Assembly: GCA_964386535.1 (NCBI GenBank)
Contig: CAYLRY010000001.1
Location: 3,830-67,829 of the forward strand
Reading direction: 5' to 3'
Source: an uncultured Dehalococcoidales bacterium
GTDB taxonomy: Bacteria; Chloroflexota; Dehalococcoidia; Dehalococcoidales; UBA3254
Length of the DNA stretch: 64,000 nt
The notes below the pieces were generated by a model. It had not been told where the DNA came from, did not search any database, and saw only the letters and a program-made list of their open reading frames with translations. How positions within the stretch are numbered: position 1 is the stretch's first letter; each line of letters opens with the position of its first letter. The position numbers and the translations under genes were made by a program. Positions 58,540 to 64,000 of this stretch are shown here, in pieces.

Positions 58540-58743
58540 ATGGAAAACAACAGTGATATAGATTACCGGCAACAAGAGGTTAACAATCTGGAGACGGATG
58601 AGAACCAGGCTACTTTAAAAGGGAGGAAAAAGCGGTGGAAATTTCTGCTGGCATGGGTAAATGCTCTAGGTTCTTTAGACTGTGATGAATACACAGATTC
58701 TACCTATTATTATTGGAAGCACAAATATGAATTATACATATAA
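58540..58743 (+). CDS. Small hypothetical protein (67 aa)
   Basis: Strong RBS GGAGGAGG ~8 nt upstream of the ATG. Overlaps the start of the HAD gene by 17 nt. No family recognised. Confidence 0.4.
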   Translation: MENNSDIDYRQQEVNNLETDENQATLKGRKKRWKFLLAWVNALGSLDCDEYTDSTYYYWKHKYELYI

Positions 58744-59503
58744 ATATATCACACAATCGATAGCAAATAAAATCAAGCTGGTTATGACGGACGTGGATGA
58801 TACTATTACCTCAAACGATGGAAGCATCGGTGCTGCCGTGAAAGAGGCCATTAACCTCCTGGTAAAACAAAAAATAACTGTGGGGCTTATTTCCGGACGC
58901 AGCATGAAAAATTTGGAAAACTGTGCTGATAAGCTGGGTATTAACGGTCCTATTATTGCTGAAAACGGGGGCCTGGTAAAGCTTAATCCCCAGTCGAAAA
59001 CACATACTCTGGGCTGCCAGCAAGATGCTGTAAAGGCTCTGGACAAACTAAAATCACGGTTTGGTCCGGATATTCAAAGCGGGGAATGGAACACCGGAAG
59101 GGAGACAGACTTGGTGATATGCTGCGAAAAAGTACCCTTTCGGGAGATACAAAGACATATCGCAGAGGTGGATATTATCCGGACCAGCTATTTCCATGGT
59201 AACCGCTATACTCTGCACCTGGTTAGAAAAGGCATCAGTAAAGGTAATATTTTGAAGATGTTACTCAGCCGCTTGGATCATGGTGAAATAAATACCGGAA
59301 GTACGCTGGTGCTCGGTGACGGGCTGAATGATCTCTCCATGTTCCGTCTTTTTCACCATGGAGTCTCAATACCAAACTCCAATCAACCTGAAAAGCACCG
59401 AAAAATGATAATGGAGGCAGCCAGTTATCACAGCAGCGCCTCCGGCGGTGAAGGTTTTGCAGAAGTAGTTAATCATATCATAGATATGCGTTTGAACGCT
59501 TGA
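58727..59503 (+). CDS. HAD-IIB (Cof-type) phosphatase
   Basis: Motif I MTDVDDTIT (DxDxT), motif II ..SGR, and motif IV GDGLNDLSMF. The start is uncertain (58682-58727). Confidence 0.75.
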   Translation: MNYTYKYITQSIANKIKLVMTDVDDTITSNDGSIGAAVKEAINLLVKQKITVGLISGRSMKNLENCADKLGINGPIIAENGGLVKLNPQSKTHTLGCQQDAVKALDKLKSRFGPDIQSGEWNTGRETDLVICCEKVPFREIQRHIAEVDIIRTSYFHGNRYTLHLVRKGISKGNILKMLLSRLDHGEINTGSTLVLGDGLNDLSMFRLFHHGVSIPNSNQPEKHRKMIMEAASYHSSASGGEGFAEVVNHIIDMRLNA

Positions 59504-59537
59504 AAAGACTGACAACTGAGTTTCCCGAAAAATATAT

Positions 59538-59831
59538 ATGGTAATGAAGATGAAAAGGAGAAGGGAATTGTTTGAGCATAGAGATCCTTCACGAAGACGT
59601 ATCAGAACTTACGAACTTTCAATTGACAGCTTTAATTTTGATGAAGGAGAGGTAGTTTTCCCGGGACAAATAATCGGCCAAGAAGTAAAAACCGGTAGAA
59701 CCATCAAAGCTTTTTGCTTCTGCCAGATAGCTACGGCCTATTTTAACCCGATGAATAAAAGCTATTTGGTTATGATCTACTTGATAGATGGGGGTGAAGA
59801 AAAGAGGAAGAAAGAGCTGGAATTTATTTAG
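59538..59831 (+). CDS. Hypothetical small protein
   Basis: ORF only. Alternative TTG start at 59568 behind AAAGGAGAAGGGA. No family recognised. Confidence 0.35.
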   Translation: MVMKMKRRRELFEHRDPSRRRIRTYELSIDSFNFDEGEVVFPGQIIGQEVKTGRTIKAFCFCQIATAYFNPMNKSYLVMIYLIDGGEEKRKKELEFI

Positions 59832-59849
59832 AAGCTGTGGATTTGAATA

Positions 59850-60104
59850 ATGAGCACCAGAATATTCGAGGATACCCAGGGTAAGATCTGGATTGTTACT
59901 ATGTATGGTTCCAATATTGAAGTCAGTGGATGCAGAAACGTTAAACTGAGTTTATACCAGATCGCCATCAGTTGCGCTCTCAAACTGGGCATCACTCAAA
60001 CTAAAAACGGGTTTCCCATCGAGTCCGTCAAAGAACACAACCGAATCTGGAAAGTAATCTGGGAAAAAGGATATGAATTAACAGAAAATCCTAGAAAATC
60101 ATAG
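59850..60104 (+). CDS. Hypothetical small protein
   Basis: ORF only, with a weak RBS. Confidence 0.3.
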   Translation: MSTRIFEDTQGKIWIVTMYGSNIEVSGCRNVKLSLYQIAISCALKLGITQTKNGFPIESVKEHNRIWKVIWEKGYELTENPRKS

Positions 60105-60520
60105 AGATATTAATAATTATTAATCTTCAGTTAAAAACTTTACCTTCTAATCAGCCAATTTAAAAAACCATATGGTTTCATTTCCCTCCCCCCGAAAAAG
60201 GATACTGCACTCTGCAAGTTTACGGTACGTTTCCATGTAACCAAAATCCACTGTCAAATTGCCGCAAATGGATATGAAGTAACTGTACCAATCAGGTGAA
60301 AATGCGCAGGATCGGTTAGATTTATTTGATGGTAAAACGCAGGGAACTTTTAATATTGACTGTACTGCAAAAAGGTAGTATTTGAACGTTTTGGTCAGAA
60401 ATTTAGCCTCGGAAATTAGCATAAAACACAATTATAAGACCTTTTTGCACTTGAGCCAATATTGTCTTTTCTAGTCAATTCCAGGCTGTAATAATTTTGG
60501 CCTTTTTTGCGAATAAGGCC

Positions 60521-60559
60521 TTAACACCGTTTTAACAATAATTTATGCACAGCTTAAAG
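60521..60559 (+). promoter_or_regulatory. Pho-box array D (upstream of the dockerin-PstS gene)
   Basis: TTAACA (60521), TTAACA (60532), TTATGC (60543), TTAAAG (60554), spaced exactly 11 bp apart. Confidence 0.65.
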
Positions 60560-60883
60560 TCCTCATAATGTGCATATGCTAATATGGGCAATGGTGAAGG
60601 TTGACATCCATAGATCATCTACCCCAACAACTGAAGTATACATAAAGGTGCATAAAAGCAAAGGGAAGTCCTTAACGCTTCCGTCATCGTCCTTCAGACT
60701 TCCCCTGGCTCAGGTCGAACCCAAGCATTATCTAATTTTAACCCTGATACCCGCTGCAGTCAAGAAGCTTGGAGTGCACAATTACCGGAACGGGAGGGCG
60801 AGGAAAAGGAAAATAATCTTTTCAAATATGATTCAAGTCAGCAGAGCCGACATATTTATTGTGTAATAAAAGGAGGAGAATAA

Positions 60884-62083
60884 GTGGGTAAATTGTTATC
60901 CAGAATATTGGCGAAGAAATTCGTACTCACCGGTATTTTAACAGGTTTAATTTCAGCGGTAGTATTAGGTTCGACTCTGGTTTACGCGGGTTATGATACC
61001 CCAACATCCTTTCATTCTGATGCGCAACTAAGAATCTCCGGATCTACGACTTGCTGGCCCATGGTGAGATCCGCTCTGGGTATTGCAGATGCCGGAGGCT
61101 ATGGCACCAGCGGACCCTTCCAGGCTGCGTATGGAGCCTGCAAGGCTGAAGGATATGCCATCGGCTCAGACCAGGGCAAAGGTGATACCAATGGCACTTT
61201 AACCAGCGGAGTCAGCGTAAATGATGTTGGGATGTCTTCTTCTTCCAATTTTTCCGGCTTAACTAACATCGATGCTATACCTTTTGCTCGTGATGCTGTG
61301 TGCATCATCGTCAGTAACAATGTGTACAACGCCGGTTTACAAAGCCTTACCAAAGCGCAGGTAAAAGCTATTTTTGAGGGTTATAACGGAGACGGCACCG
61401 AAAATTCCAGCGGATATCAAACCTGGGATGATGTTCAAAGCGGGCTTCCCTCTGCCGGAATCAAGGTAGTCGCCAGAGAGACCAACTCCGGTACGCGCGG
61501 TTCCCTGATCGAAATGACCGGTATGCAAAAAGATAGTGAAGCTAGTGTTACCAGAGAAATGGCCACTGTGACTCACGGCGGCGTATCCAGACAGACGACT
61601 AGCGCTGCGATGGCTGTCACTGTTGGCCAGGCCGATAATCAGATCGGCTATGTCGGCCTGGACTACACGGCTGCTTTGGTGGGAGCTACCAGGATCAATA
61701 TAAAAGCAGATTCTAGCAGCCCGGCAGTATCCCCGACCGTACAAAATGTGACAACTGAGGTCTATCCGCTATCCCGCAAACTCTTTTTACTGAAAAATAA
61801 GAACGGCTCTCCGAACACGACCAACCGCGATAATTTTATTACTTTCATGCTGAGCAATGCAGGACAGAACATTGTTGAAGCCGAACATGATGTTCGGCTG
61901 CGTCCCCGGGAGGATGTGAGCGGCAACGGTACAATAAACGGTCAGGATGTGGGTTATATTGGTACAAAGTGGATGCAGACCGGCTCCCCCGGCTGGATAC
62001 CTGAGGATGTAGACCAGAATGGTACCGTCAACGGCCTGGATGTCGGTAAGATAGGCCTCTGGTGGATGCTCTCTTACAGCTAA
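60884..62083 (+). CDS. PstS-family (PBP_like_2) phosphate-binding protein with an N-terminal signal/anchor and a C-terminal dockerin-like module
   Basis: SGSTT, ARETNSGTRGS and YPLSRKLFLL align with the motifs of the canonical PstS at 53319. The C-terminus carries two EF-hand-like segments, DVSGNGTINGQDVGYI and DVDQNGTVNGLDVGKI. GTG start behind AAAGGAGGAG. Confidence 0.8.
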   Translation: MGKLLSRILAKKFVLTGILTGLISAVVLGSTLVYAGYDTPTSFHSDAQLRISGSTTCWPMVRSALGIADAGGYGTSGPFQAAYGACKAEGYAIGSDQGKGDTNGTLTSGVSVNDVGMSSSSNFSGLTNIDAIPFARDAVCIIVSNNVYNAGLQSLTKAQVKAIFEGYNGDGTENSSGYQTWDDVQSGLPSAGIKVVARETNSGTRGSLIEMTGMQKDSEASVTREMATVTHGGVSRQTTSAAMAVTVGQADNQIGYVGLDYTAALVGATRINIKADSSSPAVSPTVQNVTTEVYPLSRKLFLLKNKNGSPNTTNRDNFITFMLSNAGQNIVEAEHDVRLRPREDVSGNGTINGQDVGYIGTKWMQTGSPGWIPEDVDQNGTVNGLDVGKIGLWWMLSYS

Positions 62084-62158
62084 AGCAACCCGGGATTAAT
62101 CAGCGATGAAATCGATATGTTCGAAATTGAATTAGGAAAATAAAAAAGGAGGAATACC

Positions 62159-64000
62159 TTGAAATTACTCTGTCTATTATCCGGGCGGAGAAAGGTAATG
62201 GCTATAATACTTAGCCTATCGGTGTTGGTTACCTTGCTGGTGCCAGCCACGTCGGTTTTCGCAGCCAATGCTACCTCGGCGACTTTATCCATCACCGATG
62301 CGATCACAACACATGGAACATCTTTTGATGTCTATATTAAAATCACAACCAACGGCGATACACGGGGGTGGGAAATAAATCAGATCACATTTGATCCTTC
62401 CAAACTTCAATGTAATTCAGTGGTTCTGGGGACTACATACTATGCTGGTGCAAGTTCATTTGGAAGCAAGGCAATAGATAATACGGCCGGTACCATTGTC
62501 CAACTGGACCAAACATTAACCAGCACGGTTCAGGGAGCCATTACTGACGGTATTATAGCAACCATCAATTTTACAGCACTGGGCGATGCTACTTATGATT
62601 CCATTCATATTGTGCCGGATGCTATCAACACCTGGGTTCAAGACTCTAACGCCCAGATCATTACGAACTGCATACTGATCGATGGAACCGTCGCCATCGG
62701 CAGCGTACCTCCGCCGACAACTATCAGCAGCTTCTCACCAAGCAGCGGCGTAATTGGCACGGAAATAACCATTACTGGTACCAGTTTCGTTGGAACTCCC
62801 ACGGTGACGATCGGCGGAATTGCGGCTACTGATGTATCAGTAGTGAGTGTAACTGAAATAACCTGCAAAGTCGGCGCCGGCGCTGACGGCAAGGTAAAAG
62901 TCACCACTACCATCAACTCTGCTTATTCAGCTAATGATTTTGATTATCTGCCCCCCAGCAATATTACTTTTAGTCCTGCTGCCGCACTCAACGGAGCTAC
63001 TGTGCATGTTTACGGTGATAACCTCTCAGGCGCCATCTCAGTTACCCTGGGCGGTACTGCGGCTACAATAGTTAGCAATACCAATACCCAGATTGACGTC
63101 ACGGTTAACGGCGGCAGCTCAGGCCCGGTAACTGTTACCACACCCGGTGGTTCAGCCAGTTCTTCAACCAGCTTCGGCTACCTGGTACCGGCAACTATTA
63201 CTGGAATCAGCCCGGATACAGCCGGACAGGGAGCTTCAGTAGTCATCAGCGGTACCAATTTTGTTTCTCTCACCGGAACGTCAGCAGTCCAATTCGGTAC
63301 CATCGATGCCGCCAGCTACAGCGTTAACAGCAACTTCACCCAGATTACGGCTGTGGTACCTGATCTAGGCCCCTCCGCAGCGACTTTTAATATTACAGTA
63401 ACCACCGCTGCGGGGCCGGTTACACTGGAAAATGCTTTTCATTATGTTCTGGCAAGTATTAACACCGTTAACCCCACCTCAGCTTTCTACGGCGATACAG
63501 TAGTCATCAGCGGGTCCGGTTTCTCCGGAGTAACCGGGGCCAGCGCCGTCAAGTTTGGAGGGATTGATGCTTTAAGCTATACGGTAAATAGCTACTATAC
63601 CCAAATTACGGCTGTGGTGGGCGCAGGAGCTTCCGGCAACGTTGAAGTGGTCACCGGAAGCGGTACACTGACCAAAGAGGGTTTTATTTACAAGCAGATT
63701 TCCGTGGCACCAGCCCAGGTTACCAGCGGTGATACGTTTGATGTCAATCTGAATATAAATGCCAGCGGCAAAGCCATTCGCGTATGGCAAGCGGACGTGG
63801 CATTCGATCCCAACAAACTGGCCTGTGTAGGTATTAGCGAAGGTAGTTTCCTGAAGGCCTATACCAGGACAGCTTCAGTCTTGTTCACGGCGAGCAGCGG
63901 CAGCGGAGCCAAGGCCTTTGCCACGATCAATGATGCAGGCGGCATAGCCTCCGTTACCGTGACAGCCCAGGGTTCCGGTTATACTTCTGCTCCGGATGTA
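62159..64000 (+). CDS. Secreted scaffoldin-like protein: signal peptide, cohesin-like domain, 4x IPT/TIG, second cohesin-like domain (3'-truncated by the window end)
   Basis: My own translation gives 614 uninterrupted codons to the window edge. TTG start 5 nt after AGGAGG. The ORF is absent from the supplied track because it has no stop in the window. Signal ..LLVPATSVFA|ANA. Cohesin-like pattern (..F.V.I......I.....I.FDP.KL....V..G...). Four ~80-aa repeats of ..I....P..G..G..V.I.G..F.....V.FGG..A........T.I...VP. Confidence 0.8.
   Translation, partial: MKLLCLLSGRRKVMAIILSLSVLVTLLVPATSVFAANATSATLSITDAITTHGTSFDVYIKITTNGDTRGWEINQITFDPSKLQCNSVVLGTTYYAGASSFGSKAIDNTAGTIVQLDQTLTSTVQGAITDGIIATINFTALGDATYDSIHIVPDAINTWVQDSNAQIITNCILIDGTVAIGSVPPPTTISSFSPSSGVIGTEITITGTSFVGTPTVTIGGIAATDVSVVSVTEITCKVGAGADGKVKVTTTINSAYSANDFDYLPPSNITFSPAAALNGATVHVYGDNLSGAISVTLGGTAATIVSNTNTQIDVTVNGGSSGPVTVTTPGGSASSSTSFGYLVPATITGISPDTAGQGASVVISGTNFVSLTGTSAVQFGTIDAASYSVNSNFTQITAVVPDLGPSAATFNITVTTAAGPVTLENAFHYVLASINTVNPTSAFYGDTVVISGSGFSGVTGASAVKFGGIDALSYTVNSYYTQITAVVGAGASGNVEVVTGSGTLTKEGFIYKQISVAPAQVTSGDTFDVNLNINASGKAIRVWQADVAFDPNKLACVGISEGSFLKAYTRTASVLFTASSGSGAKAFATINDAGGIASVTVTAQGSGYTSAPDV
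62714..63691 (+). repeat. Four tandem IPT/TIG-like domain repeats inside the scaffoldin-like CDS
   Basis: Repeats start near aa 186, 265, 342 and 431 of my translation. Each ends in F.Y(L/V/K). Confidence 0.75.

Noticed and set aside
60147-60866. Track ORFs 60147-60431 (-) and 60570-60866 (+) as genes.
   Set aside because: Neither has an RBS or a recognisable motif, and both have an odd composition. The plus-strand ORF overlaps what looks like the promoter and leader of the dockerin-PstS gene (Pho-box array D and stem-loops). I treat the region as non-coding and regulatory.
62080-63790. Track ORFs on the minus strand (62080-62307, 62638-62916, 63572-63790).
   Set aside because: They are antisense shadows of the 614-codon plus-strand scaffoldin-like ORF that the track omitted.
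1-64000. A search for CRISPR arrays, tRNA or rRNA genes, IS elements or transposases, and toxin-antitoxin or restriction-type defence genes.
   Set aside because: I saw no regularly spaced direct repeats of 25-40 nt, no cloverleaf-like or rRNA-like conserved blocks, and no translations with transposase, integrase, nuclease-methylase or TA signatures. A by-eye tRNA scan is not exhaustive, so tRNAscan-SE or Infernal should confirm this.

Overview
This is a gene-dense chromosomal window with about 60 supportable CDS. I found no rRNA, tRNA, CRISPR array, transposase or integrase. The gene content points to a strictly anaerobic bacterium: tungsten-type aldehyde:ferredoxin oxidoreductase, rubrerythrin, an acyl-CoA dehydrogenase with ferredoxin-fused Etf, three URO-D-family paralogs, and many MFS, MATE and ABC transporters. 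That content would fit a Chloroflexota/Dehalococcoidia-like or Firmicutes-like organism, but taxonomy cannot be proven from this sequence alone. Most of 1-53 kb is metabolic and transport housekeeping, with some paralog expansion: three tandem MFS genes, three URO-D genes, two AKRs and two cupin-like genes.

The most interesting part is 53-64 kb. A canonical pstSCAB-phoU operon is followed by a response regulator with no adjacent kinase. Next comes an AT-richer segment with a HAD phosphatase and small unknown ORFs. It ends with a second PstS-family phosphate-binding protein that carries a C-terminal dockerin-like module. Immediately downstream is a large secreted protein, missing from the supplied ORF track because it runs off the window, with the architecture signal peptide, cohesin, 4x IPT/TIG, cohesin.

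Four arrays of TTAACA-like hexamers in exact 11-bp phase lie upstream of pstS, in the regulator/HAD divergent region (two arrays), and upstream of the dockerin-PstS gene. They resemble PhoP/PhoB-type Pho boxes and tie these genes into one putative phosphate-starvation regulon. I read this as a candidate cohesin-dockerin-assembled cell-surface phosphate-capture complex.

Secondary observations:
- An orphan ERF recombinase sits behind a perfect GAAC-N4-GTTC SOS box.
- A 1032-1042 aa FAD/Fe-S (Dld-II-like) oxidoreductase ends in a roughly 130-residue Met/Pro-rich tail.
- The acyl-CoA dehydrogenase/Etf module resembles CarCDE and includes an extra ferredoxin.
- A secreted bacterial serpin is present.
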